Shown: positions 1-11,626, counted from the first letter of the whole stretch. The stretch is DNA of 61,191 bases, filler included, from Piptocephalis cylindrospora (GCA_003614145.1; 8 parts of 8 records of this genome joined end to end with filler, not necessarily neighbours in it); one strand, 5' to 3'. Made by a program: numbers and translations. Notes: a model not told the origin generated them from the sequence alone.

Positions 1-1654
1 TCATCGATGAAGAGGGAAAGCGAGGAGGAAGCAGCACAGCACAGCACAGCACAGTACAAAACTGGGAAGGGGAGGGGGGGTGCGAAGCAAAAAGGGAAAA
101 AAGAGAGGGTGTTTGAAAGAGAACAAGACGGAAAGGACTACTGAAAGGAGGAAGAGGGGAGGAGAAAGGAGGAAAGAAGAGTATACATGGACGGGACTTT
201 GAGTGCACGGGAGTTGGATTCAAAAAGGAATTGGGCGAGCGAGGTCATCGTCGGTCAATGGGAGTGCACGACGAGGACACACATTGTGCTCGAGGGCGAT
301 AAGAACGAATGTGTGTAGGAAGGGAGCGGGAGGGGGCTATTTGCCTGTGCTGTGCCTAGACACCCTCCTCCAATCCCCACTTCCTTACTGGGGAGGGGGA
401 GAGGAGATCGACGGGGGGGAGGGGGGAGGGAGCAGAGGATGCAACACAGGGCCAAGACGGCACATACAGGGCCATGACGGATGCTCCTGTGTCCGTTGTC
501 TCAGCGGTCCATGTGTGTGTATGTCTGTGTGTGTGTGTAGGAGAGGAAGCGAGGGAGTCTCCCTTGCTTCTCCTTTTCTCCAGCGCCATGTAAGGGAGCG
601 CGTGCGCACGCCGACGTCTTGACTTGCGCGCTCTTGAAAGAGAGGAAGATGGGAGGGGAGACGTGGAGGTGAGCTCCCCCCCCCCCCCCCCCCCCCGCGG
701 CGGTTGGGCCCCCCGAAAAAGGGGTTCGCGGAAAGAACTATACAAGGGGAGGCCGCTCCCTCCCGGGGGGGCGGGGGGGGTGGTAGAACATGGGAGGATG
801 AAAATGGATAGCCCTCTTTTTTTCTTTTTTGGATCTAGCAAGAAGAAGAAGACCAAGCTCCCTATCTGAGAGACCCCGGGGCCCATACAGAGACCCGTGG
901 GTAGAGTAGGTCAGATCCCAGGTCAGAGGGGGGAGGAGGCCGGGACCTTGGTCCTGGTCCTGGTCTTGAAGCGGGGGATGCAGAGTAAAAGGGTCATTGT
1001 CGTCATGCTGTCGTCGTCGTTGACTTTTTCCTGATAGTCTTTCAGTCCGACTTGTCTCTCATCCAGCCTCCGAGAGAAGGATGATAGCGGGTGTTGTTGT
1101 TGTTGCCTGCTGCTGTATGTGTCCCCATATCACAGAGAAAACCCCGTCTTTCATGCCTCTTGTTCAACACACACCTCTTCTCACACCAGGCGCCCTGACT
1201 TGCTTGGGGCTGTTGACGGCGGCACACACCCTTCTCCCCTTGCACTAATTCATAAAGCCATGGCGTGTTGCCCCAACATCCCGCACCAATGATGAACGGG
1301 GAGGTGTGTGGGTCGGTCGGTCTCTGTGCGAGAGAGAGGAGGGTCCTGGGCTTGTGGGTCGGGGAATGGTGTGCATTTGAAAGGGCAAGAGAGAGATAGA
1401 CATCTCGCTCTCGCTGTGGGGAGGAGGGGAGACACAAAGTGAGACTGTGAGTAGGAGATGAAGTCTGTGAGTAAAAGAATAAATTTATTGGCATCCTCTG
1501 CAATGATGATTGGTCAGCGGAGTTTCCAGAGAGGAGTTCAGCCGAGCCAATGTCCAAGGGAGAATCCTTGGGATGATGACAGGATGACAAGAGCGGGCCA
1601 ATGTGGATAAATCTATGACAAGACGGAAAGATGCATGCAGGAGAGGCAGAGCAT

Positions 1655-1769
1655 GGGAGGAGGAGGAGGGGGAGCGGGAGGGGGAGGGGGAGGGGGAGAG
1701 GGAGGGGGAGAGGGAGAGGGAGAGGGAGGGGGAGAGGAAGAGGGAGGGGGAGAGGAAGAGGAAGGAGGG
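1655..1769. repeat. Purine-rich (GAGGGG/GAGAGG)n hexamer microsatellite
   Basis: Tandem GGGGAG/GAGAGG units seen directly; they generate the spurious LPLPLP/RGRGRG/EGEGE ORFs. Confidence 0.85.
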
Positions 1770-2443
1770 TGTTTTTACCCTGGATGAGGCACATGCTTCG
1801 CGGTAGAGGACAAAGGCAGGGGAGAGGATGAATCAGCAAACAAGGAAATGGAGGGTTGGGAGGAAAAAGAAGCTCGACGGCAAGGAGAGGGCCGTACCTT
1901 GCACATGGAATGGTCCCACACAAGACGCGCAGTGCAAGGATGGGAGGATGCAGGCGACAACAAGGCCACTTAAAGGGTGCTTCGTTCCAGGTAAGCATCC
2001 ACTCACTCAGGAGAGATGGGATCGGATGAGACGCAGGATGGGGCAATGAGATGAGGGGGGAGAAGGACGGGCCGGAGGTCTAATGACACTCTCCTCTCCG
2101 TATGGGCTGTCGCTCTTCTTGACGGATTAGATGAGAGTGGGGCTAGGACAGATCCTCCCTCTCTGCTCTGCCCTGTCCTTCCCACCAGAGAGCCAAGGAG
2201 GCAGGATGCCCTGCGTGGGGTGTCTTTCCGTGGGACCATCATTCACGACATCATGCAGTGCATCGACAGAGGGGGGAGCGACCATGTCCATAGAGATGGG
2301 CTATTCCATTCAACACGGACGTGGATGTCCTTTGGAAAGCCCCTATACGCCTCTCCTCGACAGCCTTGAAGCCAGATCAATCCATGGTTTCGTCAGGAGC
2401 CGATGTATAGAGAGAAGACCCGCCATCCATCCATAAGGTCTGG

Positions 2444-2483
2444 ACGCGTCGTGCGATATCACAACATGTTCAAACCCCGCGTC
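2444..2483 (+). promoter_or_regulatory. MCB-like cell-cycle elements upstream of PSF2
   Basis: ACGCGT at 2444-2449 and CGCGTC at 2478-2483, 90-130 bp upstream of the ATG of a replication gene. Confidence 0.4.
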
Positions 2484-2573
2484 TCCTTGCACGCACCGCC
2501 TCCCCCCTACTCTCCTCTTCCCTCCCGACAACAACAACAATACCTTTTATTATCCCCTCCATCCCTAGACACC

Positions 2574-3652
2574 ATGGCCTTGCCCCAACAACTGCAAGGC
2601 GGCCTGACCCCCAGTGAGATCGAGTTTCGAGGCGAAGAGGTCCTCATCACCGTCGTGCCCAGCTTCCGTGCCGGCCCACTTCATCTCATCTCGGTGCGTT
2701 GCTGACCAGGACCGTGTCGGTCTCATCCCCCCACGCTGCCCCCATCCAGCCACTTACTCTTCTCCCCTCCCGTCATCTCAGGGTACCTTTGGCCCCTTCC
2801 TCCCACTGCAGCAGGTGCAACTTCCATTATGGCTGGCAATGACCCTGATCCGAAGGGGTCGTTGTCGTCTCATCACCCCCACTTGGTTGACTGTTCGTAC
2901 GTTCTCGCTCTGTAAAAAGAAGGGGCCTCTCCCTCGTTTGACCTCCTTCTCCGCCACTCACCCCTCCCTTCAATCGATAGCCTATCTCTTGAAGCGTCTG
3001 GAAGAGGAGACTTCCCAACCCAACTTTAGCCCCTTGCCCTCTCGATATGTGGAAGTGTCCCAGGTGCTCTTGGATGGGTAAGACAACCCTATCCCTTTTC
3101 ATTTTTTCTCATCCCCTCTCATCCCCTTCCTACCAGTGCCCGTGAGAGCATACCCCAGGTGGGCAAAGTCCGAAGGATGCTGCAAGAGCTCCGTGAACTT
3201 CGCCTGGCCAAGGCCCGTCTAGGTCTCCGGACTCTGGATGGCCATTATCTTCAGGTGAGGGGACGACGTGTGTGTGTGTGTGTTGTCATGATCATCCCTT
3301 CACTCACACGTCCGATCATCCCACGTCTCAGCTGGATGGCCTCTCCAACATGGAGATCAATGAGATGCGTCCGGTGGTCATAGAGAGCTTCAAAGTCCTA
3401 CAGCGTCTCGAGGGGTCATCAGACACCTCATACCCCTCACACCCTCAACAGCCTTCCTCCTCCTCCGTCTCCGCCTCCTCCGCCTTCCTCTCCCAGTCCC
3501 TCTCCTTCTCCCAATCCCACGAACCCTCCTTCCTCAGTAGTGCCACGGATCTCATCAATCCCTTTGCCCCATCCTCCTCTTCATCCCAAGATCCTCTGAG
3601 TGATAGTCATTCCCTGGGTCAGAGTTCCCTGCGTGAACATGAGAATCCCTAG
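2574..3652 (+). CDS. PSF2: GINS complex subunit Psf2 (5 exons)
   Basis: Spliced product MALPQQLQGGLTPSEIEF...GTFGPFLPLQQVQLPLWLAMTL...LQELRELRLAKAR...LSNMEINEMRP; GT-AG introns about 2694-2781, 2897-2980, 3078-3136, 3255-3331. Confidence 0.93.
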
Positions 3653-3945
3653 AGGGATCGGCGGGCTGTGTAATAGGGACAGGTAGGTGTCTTGGATAGC
3701 CTTGATATATCAATGATGTGGAGCATCACCCGAGAGGACTTTTGTCACCCTAAGCTTAAACATGTAGAGTCCCTTCGCCCTCTTCATCCTGTCGACTTTC
3801 CTTTTGAATTCAAGGTACGAAACACCCCTTATTGCTCGTAGCACCCAACCAAGCATACTCAAGTCCACACACGCGCACAAGTTCATGGGAAAGGGTAGAT
3901 TAAGGGAATCGCCTACTGCAAATCACATCTCCCCCCCATGAACAT

Positions 3946-3972
3946 AGAGAGAGAGAGAGAGAGAGAGAGAGC
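3946..3972. repeat. (GA)n microsatellite
   Basis: About 13 AG units seen directly. Confidence 0.9.
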
Positions 3973-4016
3973 ACAGCATGGAGTGACAAAATGCTAGGAA
4001 TCAACGACGTTGACCA

Positions 4017-4235
4017 CTACAATAAAGAACTGCCAGAAAAGAGGGAGGCGGTCCGGTCAAACACGGTCAACATCTGGCCTGGAAGGTAGCTGAACACGGC
4101 ATACGAGGCGGTCAGGAGCGCACCAAAGAGAACCACCTGTACAAACACCTTCTCCTCGGGCTCAAGAATGTTCATGGACGTCGCCAGTTCCAAGTCGTAG
4201 TACCTGGCACGGATAAACTTTTGAGCGGTCGACAT
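4017..4235 (-). CDS. Serine palmitoyltransferase small subunit-like protein (ssSPT/Tsc3 type), 72 aa
   Basis: MSTAQKFIRARYYDLELATSMNILEPEEKVFV followed by one TM helix and YLP; resembles the ssSPT Y.L.T...LEP.E pattern. Confidence 0.7.
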   Translation of the reverse strand: MSTAQKFIRARYYDLELATSMNILEPEEKVFVQVVLFGALLTASYAVFSYLPGQMLTVFDRTASLFSGSSLL

Positions 4236-5806
4236 GTTGATAGGAGAGGCAAGACAGACACAAGGTAGAAGGGGATGGTGGCAGGAGAAGGGGAATAGGG
4301 CTGGCTCAATGCATTGACCCAAACTAGTCCCGGGCTAAATAGGGCATACCGGAAAAAAGGGTGGGAGCGAGGCGTCTCCCTGCTAGGTGACCAAACTTGT
4401 GCCCATGTGCGTGTCGGAGCAGCACGTATCCGGGCTGTGCTTCTTTTCTCCTCCCTGTCCTGTGCATGAGGAGAGGATGTGTGGGCGCCGCCGCCACCCA
4501 TCAAATAAAGTCTGGGGTGTCTCCCCTCTGTGAGATAGCCATGACTGCCGAGACATTCTGTGTCTGCCTGCTGTGTGAGTCAAATCGGAGAGCCATGGAA
4601 ATAGACGAAAAAATCAGTCTATTCATCGTTGCAACGACAACAGAGCGCTTCTGTCTATGGAAAAACGGGACAAGGCATTCCCACACTACACACCCACCCA
4701 CGAGCCCCTAAAAAGGCTCGAGTATGTGAGGTCAATACATCACGTCTTATAAAGTGACCCTAGGCCCTTTCTTTGGCCCGTGGGTCAGTGTCATTCGTCA
4801 AACGGAATCTTTTCTTCTCTTTACGGTAAGTCCCCAGCGTAGGATGATGGTATATCATCAGAGGAGAGCGTGAATCGCATATTCAAAGCACATACAGATT
4901 TGGATCCAGTCGAGCATCTTGACTTCAGGTATGGACAGATATCGCTCAAGGTATCCTGCTGGCCTGCTTCACGAGAGGTAACTTAGAATGGGTGTCAAAA
5001 ATGTAGATCCGACCCGATCACGAAAATGGCTCTAGACTCTATTCTAGCCACAGTATATGGAAAAATGTAAAACCAATCGTAATGTAATCATCTTTTAAAG
5101 GGCTTTCAAAAGATAAAGATACGGACAGGTTCAAGGGATCCGCTCTGACGACACATTCCCTGTCCACCAAAAACAAAAACCTGGCCACTTTACAAAAATC
5201 AACCTCTGTCTATTCATTGAACCAAGAGGATTCAGAGGTAATGAAGGGTGAATCATTCACACTACCCTTGCCCTTTCATAGATCTCTAATCTATAAAGTA
5301 CGTAGATAAATGGCAATTTGCAAAATCAACATGCTTCTTTCCAGCTGCTTTCAACAATGCTATTTTTATTTTGTGATGATTGCTTTGAGGAGACATGGCC
5401 TGGGAATCATCTTGCTGAGCGTGGTAGATTTACATTTGACCTCCATCGTGCATTGACTGCATTCCAGCGGAGCTTCAAAAAAGTAAGGGCTATCGGTCAA
5501 GGGCCGGTCATTCATCGAGCCTATTACCTCCACGGAGCGGCTTTTGCTCATGAAGAAACACAATAGCTCTTCAGTGTGGGTGAAGAGTACAGGGGCTGCA
5601 AAAGCTTCAATATCATGCCTAACAGAAAGAAGCACATCGGAGAGCAGCAGGGTCAGAGGATCCACCGCTCTGCTCCGATCCTTAAAGTATCAAGCTCACG
5701 TCTTTCGCCTCTCTTTTCCTACCCTCATCCCCTTCTCATCTTACTCCCACTCACGCTGAGCAACCTCCTCTCGCAACGCCACCGTTTTCTTACTCTCACT
5801 CCCCAA

Positions 5807-6907
5807 ATGATGATCCTACCCACCACCGCCCTTCTCCTGGCGCTAAGCGCTTCTACCTTGGCTCACCCTTCTTCCCGTATCACCAAGGGCGATTTTGACA
5901 CCCATCTAAGACCATCCATGACTTATGAGCATTCTCACTACACTTCAAAGGCTGATCTTTTTAATCCTGAGGATACCAAATCTCTTGCTCATTGTTCCAA
6001 ACCCTTCATCGTCTTCCTCCACGAAATCGGAAGTAATAAGTCACCTGATTTTTCCCTCGTGTCCAAGGAAAATATGGAATTGAAGCGTTGGTATGCCACC
6101 TTCACAGATGTCCTTAAGCAGCTTGAAGTTGGGCTTAAAAAAATCGACGAGATGGCCGAGAAAATCCCACTTCTCGATAAAAAAAGAGGGTTTCGTGATC
6201 TTGCAGGGATGAGGGATGCCCTCTCTCGCTCCACGCATGCCCTACCCGACCTTTGGAAGGTCTTTCAGAACGTTTATCCCGGGATACACACTTTACAGCG
6301 CTACGGTGAGCCAAATAAAAGGTCTATCCCGGAGCAAGTCAACACTCTCGCCATTATGCTCCAAGGGAACTTGAACTCCATCACAATGAAAGATTATCTT
6401 CACAGGAATTCGATTAATCAGCATACTTTCAGAGAGCTAGTCTCTATTGAGCGTCTCCTCACTCTCCTTCCTCGAGCCTACCATACCATAAGGGTTGTAA
6501 GTTTCCTGCGAAGCATTACTAGCAGGTACAAAGTTTCCCCTCTGAGCAAATCATCCTCCAGCAGTCTCCGCTCCACCATCAGGGATAATCGAGAGTGCTT
6601 GGAAGCACTAAAAGTACCTTCGATCAATATCGGCGTGAACCAAATGGATATTCAAACGCTAGACGATCTACTCACCCAACTCGACCAAGCGATGCAAGGT
6701 GAACGTCCTTCTTATCCTGAAAATATTCACAATTCGATCTCTAATTATGAAATTTGGAGCGCGAATGCTGCAAAGGGTACATTGGAGAAAATTTATGAAG
6801 CTGGAAATAACCTTCTAACGCGTCTCAAGGATTATCAAGAGAAAATCATTCCTTATGTCCGTGATAACGAGCCTCTCCCCGCCCAACGATCTCTTTTTGG
6901 ATGGTGA
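5807..6907 (+). CDS. Intronless secreted orphan protein, 366 aa (candidate effector)
   Basis: Long ORF; ATG 5807 gives signal peptide MMILPTTALLLALSASTLA; helical-looking body with no domain I recognise. Confidence 0.8.
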   Translation: MMILPTTALLLALSASTLAHPSSRITKGDFDTHLRPSMTYEHSHYTSKADLFNPEDTKSLAHCSKPFIVFLHEIGSNKSPDFSLVSKENMELKRWYATFTDVLKQLEVGLKKIDEMAEKIPLLDKKRGFRDLAGMRDALSRSTHALPDLWKVFQNVYPGIHTLQRYGEPNKRSIPEQVNTLAIMLQGNLNSITMKDYLHRNSINQHTFRELVSIERLLTLLPRAYHTIRVVSFLRSITSRYKVSPLSKSSSSSLRSTIRDNRECLEALKVPSINIGVNQMDIQTLDDLLTQLDQAMQGERPSYPENIHNSISNYEIWSANAAKGTLEKIYEAGNNLLTRLKDYQEKIIPYVRDNEPLPAQRSLFGW

Positions 6908-7393
6908 GTGGGCGCTTGTCCTTTCCTTGGCCCTGCTTTCAATAGATCGCTTGTCCCTGTCCTAAGTCTATCGGATGCACGTAACATTAAGGACTCTGTA
7001 GAGACCCATATCAGGCTAGATGCAATTATAATATCATTTTCCTTCCTTTACAGTGACATGTGCAGTCCTTACTCAGTATACAGGATGGCGTATATCGTAT
7101 GCTTCCTATTCCTGGATTGATCAGTCATCCGTAGCTCGCTCATCCATGTAGCTTGGTGGCCCTTAGTTCTGATCATTTGTGCCTGGCCTATAATAATAAC
7201 ACAATCGACGACCTGGATTCCATCGGCAAACCCAATTACCCCCAGCCTTCTCTTGGTCCAACTCCGCTCCCAAGCCTCTTCTCGAAAACACCGGCTAGTT
7301 TGAGGAAGGTCTTGCTAACCCTCATCTCCCAGACTTGGCGGAGGCCCAGTATCTTCATGGGGTCATCTACGTGATGTACTAATCGACACATGA

Positions 7394-7591
7394 TCTTACC
7401 ATCCTGCAACACAACCCAATCCCGCAGAAGGGGGGCGATTGGCTTCTTATCGCTCCCTTACTTACGCTTCAGCAAGGCCCATGTGTAGGCTCGTCGAGCT
7501 GAAAGGCAGCTGTCTCTTGGTGCTTTTTCGAGCGTAATGGCTACCTTGACCTGGTCCCGATCCCGGTTTAGCAACTCCTCCGCATACAGCC
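7394..7591 (-). CDS. Possible 3' fragment of an unidentified spliced gene cut by the contig end
   Basis: Open frame LYAEELLNRDRDQVKVAITLEK...WALLK followed by GTAAGT...TTGCAG intron; no family recognised. Confidence 0.25.
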
Positions 7592-7691
7592 NNNNNNNNN
7601 NNNNNNNNNNNNNNNNNNNNNNNNNNNNNNNNNNNTTAATTAATTAANNNNNNNNNNNNNNNNNNNNNNNNNNNNNNNNNNNNNNNNNNNN
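7592..7691. other. Artificial contig-joining spacer
   Basis: N44-TTAATTAATTAA-N44 (stops in all six frames). Confidence 0.99.
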
Positions 7692-7696
7692 AAGGC

Positions 7697-8234
7697 TTTG
7701 TCGTCATCCATACCATTATTGGAGAGTGTCTCAAAGGAAATACCCAGAGCAACGATTATGCCTATTCCATCTCTATCCCCAAGACTGCTCCCGCTGGCGA
7801 TGCCATCTTCTCCTGGACCTGGTTCAATGCTGAGGGGGATCGGGAAATCTATCAAAATTGCGCAGATGTTCATATCCGTGGTCCAGCCACCGGATATATC
7901 ATTGGTCCTAAACTCCTGGTTGCCCAGCTTCCCGGCACTCCTCAAATTCCTGAATGGCCCTATACTCCTGATCGGGATGATGGTAGGTCCCTCTTTAATG
8001 CCCGACCCATGATTACTGTCCGGGGCACTTCAGTGTCTCTTGGGAGCAAGGCCACGGTCACTACCCCTCTGCCCGCCATGGCGCCCGGTCGGACAGTAAG
8101 GGCCTCAATGGTCCCCACTTCATCTCCAGTATCTGCCTACCAGGATCATTCCTCCTCCATGGCGCTACACACCACCCCAGACGTCTCTCCTATGACCTCC
8201 TCCGGGCCATCCCAGATCCCAATGTTGGAGACAC
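7697..8234 (+). CDS. C-terminal half of an AA11-type LPMO (inverted relative to its N-half)
   Basis: Frame from contig edge: FVVIHTIIGECLKG...IPKTAPAGDAIFSWTWFNAEGDREIYQNCADVHI...then a Ser/Thr/Pro-rich linker; mostly absent from the ORF track. Confidence 0.85.
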
Positions 8235-8598
8235 CTCCAATAATGGTATGGATGACGACAAAGACCTTGCCTTCGTCGTAGGATAGGGCAAATTGGCAAT
8301 GGCCTCCTTGGTGATTGTCTGTTCCGGTGAAACGGGTGGACACAGAAGCTCCAGCTTGATAGTGCCGTTGGATCCTACCCTTTTTATACCCCTGACACGG
8401 ATAGGGTCTCCTCACAGCAGGATCCCTGCTATTGAGCGGTCCATCCGCATCGTAATTGACATTTCCAAGAGCCTCTGTGTACCCGGGGGTCCCAGGGTGA
8501 CCACGGCAGGGAGGTTCAGTCATGGCCATATGGGCCAGAGTTCCGGATAGGAGCGATATAAGAAGGGGGAAAAGGTAGATGGGCAAGACCCTATTCAT
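8235..8598 (-). CDS. N-terminal half of secreted AA11-type lytic polysaccharide monooxygenase
   Basis: Signal peptide then His1 (TLA/HMAMTEPP), YPCQGY, NHQGGHCQFALSYD..FVVIHTIIG. Confidence 0.88.
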
Positions 8599-9474
8599 GA
8601 TTGAGCGTTAAGTGGGGGAGGTGAACGTGGAGGAGGAGGAGGTCGAAGAGCTGGTTGTTGGATTCGAATCGGGGAGAGGCGGAGGAGATGTTCGGTGCGG
8701 TGAAGGCCAGCTGGCTTATAATGATGGTGAGGGAGGAGGAGAAACGGAGGTGGTCGTGGCGGGGAGAGAAGGAGCGTGAAGAAGGATTGGAGGAAGGAGA
8801 AAGGAAGGTCTTGAGGGAAGGAGCGGTCTTGAGAGAATAGAGAGAGGGAAGAGAAGGAGAGAGGGAAGAGAAGGAGAGAGGGAAGGAAAGTAAGGAGGAA
8901 GGGGCCGGGTATTGAATTGTTTTGTACTCCGCTACGAACACTCCGATGATCGCACATGGGTGATTGGATTGGCCAGGGATGCTCGGTTCCTGGCTCCTGG
9001 TAGGAGTCAGTCAAGCCGTGGATAGACTCTTGTTGATGTATACCACTATTATTAGATAATATGGGCAGGGTAGGCAATCTCGTCGTTTTAGCATGGTATG
9101 GCACAATGTGATGGGTAGTTGTCATGAATCGGTGATGGATCAAGAACAGCGTGAAATCAATCTTCCTCTCGTGGACCATCTATCCAAGAACTGTCCTTTT
9201 TCAAGTTATGCCCATTTGAGAGGGTAACCGCGTGTCGTTGAACGTTACGGCTAGTAAGGGAAGAGGGTATAGACAGGACTCATGCATTCTTACAGTATTA
9301 GATTCACCCTATTGGAAAGTAAATGTCCATATGTGTATGTGTGTGTGTGTGACTAGGGGGGATGAATTTAGTCCAGTGCCGTAAAGATCGTGCGTTCAAG
9401 AATCAACCATCCACAACAAGCTAGTGCCGACCAACATCATCCCAACTTTCTCCTTCTCCCTCATCCTCACCACC

Positions 9475-11248
9475 ATGTCGCTGGTGTATTACAAGTTTAA
9501 ATCAGCGAAAAACCACGATCACATCACTTTTGACGGGACAGGCATCTCAGTGTTTGACCTCAAGAGGGAGATCATTCTAGCCAAACGACTTGGCAAGGGA
9601 ACAGACTTTGACCTGGGCCTTTACCATCCTCACACGGACGAGGGTGAGTGACTAGGGAGAGTGGGATCTCCTGGCCTATTCGAAGACTAATTCGTCCTCA
9701 CGACCTACAGAGTACCGGGATGATAATGGAGTTATCCCTCGAGCCTCCTCGGTGATTGTTAGACGGCTCCCACCTTTTGCCCCGGGCAAGGGAAATGCGC
9801 AGAGATATGTAAATGGAGCCTTGGGCAATGGTCCTGTCGGAAGAGGCGATGGGGGTGGAGGCGCTGGGGGTGGAGGCGGTGGGGGCAGTGGAGGTGGAGG
9901 ATCACGGGGCTTTGGGGGGGGGGGGTAGGGATGGGGGGGGGGTGGCGTCTAGGCGGGAAGAACGGGGTTTTGATAGGGTGGGAGTGTTATTCATTATTCC
10001 AACTTATCATATCCTTCCTATAGATACGCCAACCAGTACGATCGTCAGGTAAGGAGGCTCTAGTGCTATCCGAATGAAGGTATTCCCACTAACCTCTCAC
10101 CCTACCCTAGCAGAATCGACCCAATGCAGCAGGAGATGCATCAGCATCAGAAGGACCTGGGAATGAAGAGGATGGGTCGGTGCCGGCCCCGGGGTCGGAG
10201 GAAGCTAAGCTTCAAGGGTTCTTTCAATCTTCCTCGGATCAGTGGAAGCATCAGCAAGAACGCATGGCCGAGTACGTTTTCCTTGTTAGGGATACAATTA
10301 TCAATCCTATGACCCACTCACCTATTTTTACCGTCATGACGAGAGTAGGGCTACCCCGGTGGCTCATTCTGGAGGAGCGGGAGGTGCTTCCCGTGGAGGA
10401 CGTCGGATGGGCCAGGGCGGGTTTGATCGGCCACCTCCTGCTAGCTACGTGTGCTACCGATGTGGTCAAAAGGGTAAGAGGCTCAGGACACTGTCGATTT
10501 TCTTCTCCATTCCATCCCACTTACATGCCTTACTGGATCTCCTCTAGGTCATTACATTCAGAATTGCCCGACGAACGGGGACAAGTCATTTGATAAGCCC
10601 AGGATCCGTCGGACCACTGGGATTCCCCGGTCGTTCCTACGATCTGTGGACATTGCCCCAGAAGAGCGGGAGGGTGGAGTGATGGTGACGCCAGATGGAG
10701 GTCTTGTGGTAGCAACACCCGACTCCAAGGCATGGGATCAGATTACGGCGCGGAACAAGGCAGTCCTGCAGGCCGGAGATGAAGAGAGTATGGAGATCCC
10801 TCATGACCTAGCCTGCCCCCATATCCGACCCCAGGATCACGGGAGGCCTCATCTTCTTCGTGAGGCCGTCCAGACCCTATGCTGCCAAACCAAGTACTGT
10901 GATGAGTGTATCCGGGAGGCTCTGGTATCCCAAAACTTTACCTGCCCCTCCTGCGGGACGCACGATCAATCGCCAGAAACTCTGTCGGTGGACTATGCGT
11001 CCCGTGAGGCTGTGGATGCGTTTTTGCGTGCATTTACCGCTAAGAAAGCGGGCGGGGCTCGGGAGGAAGGGGGTGGAGGTCGTCCTGGTGATGGGGCCTC
11101 TGGAAGCCAAGGCCCTCCCGGGACCGGCCCTGGAGGGAACTCGGCACCCGTTCAACAAATCCCCACCCTAGATTCCTCCAAACCTCCCATGATGTCGCCC
11201 TTTCAGCGCCCCATCCCTGGTCGTGGAAGAGGCATGGGAAGAGGGGGG

Positions 11249-11287
<39 letters not shown>

Positions 11288-11626
11288 GGGAGGGGGAGGG
11301 GAGGTGGCCAAGGGAACTTCCCTCCCCAAGGAGGATTTCCTCCTCCTCACCATGCGCCATTTGGTAACCCTCCGGGAATGCAAGGTTCAGGGGGGATGGG
11401 ATCGCCCCACCCCCCCTCCTTTATGCCTCCACCAGGAATGACACCCCCAGGGATGGGGCCTCCTGGAACAGATCCTCCGAGGATGGGCCCTCCCGGGATG
11501 GCACCACCTCCCGGAGGGTCCTTTGGAGCAGGCCCTGGAGGAAAGAGGAATTTGGATCACGACTCCTCCTCGGCACCCCACCCTGGAAATGGATATGGAG
11601 GGAAGCGGCCGAGGATGGGAATGTGA
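9475..11626 (+). CDS. MPE1: Mpe1/RBBP6-family cleavage and polyadenylation factor (multi-exon)
   Basis: DWNN start MSLVYYKFKSAK..ITFDGTGISVFDLKREII; zinc knuckle YVCYRCGQKGHYIQNCPT; RING-like CCQTKYCDECI..CPSC; G/P/M-rich tail; exon boundary in the poly-G near 9914-9945 uncertain. Confidence 0.92.

Noticed and set aside
640..830. Poly-C/poly-G tract as G-quadruplex or regulatory element
   Set aside because: Homopolymer-dense sequence resembles low-quality base calls; cannot be trusted
203..2436. Many overlapping ORFs including the 334-aa minus ORF 1042-2046
   Set aside because: Built from homopolymers and microsatellites with no domain; some splice-like signals occur on minus but I could not assemble a credible protein
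7636..7647. Recurring TTAATTAATTAA at about 7.6-kb spacing as a biological repeat or CRISPR-like array
   Set aside because: Always centred in N runs; synthetic six-frame stop linker
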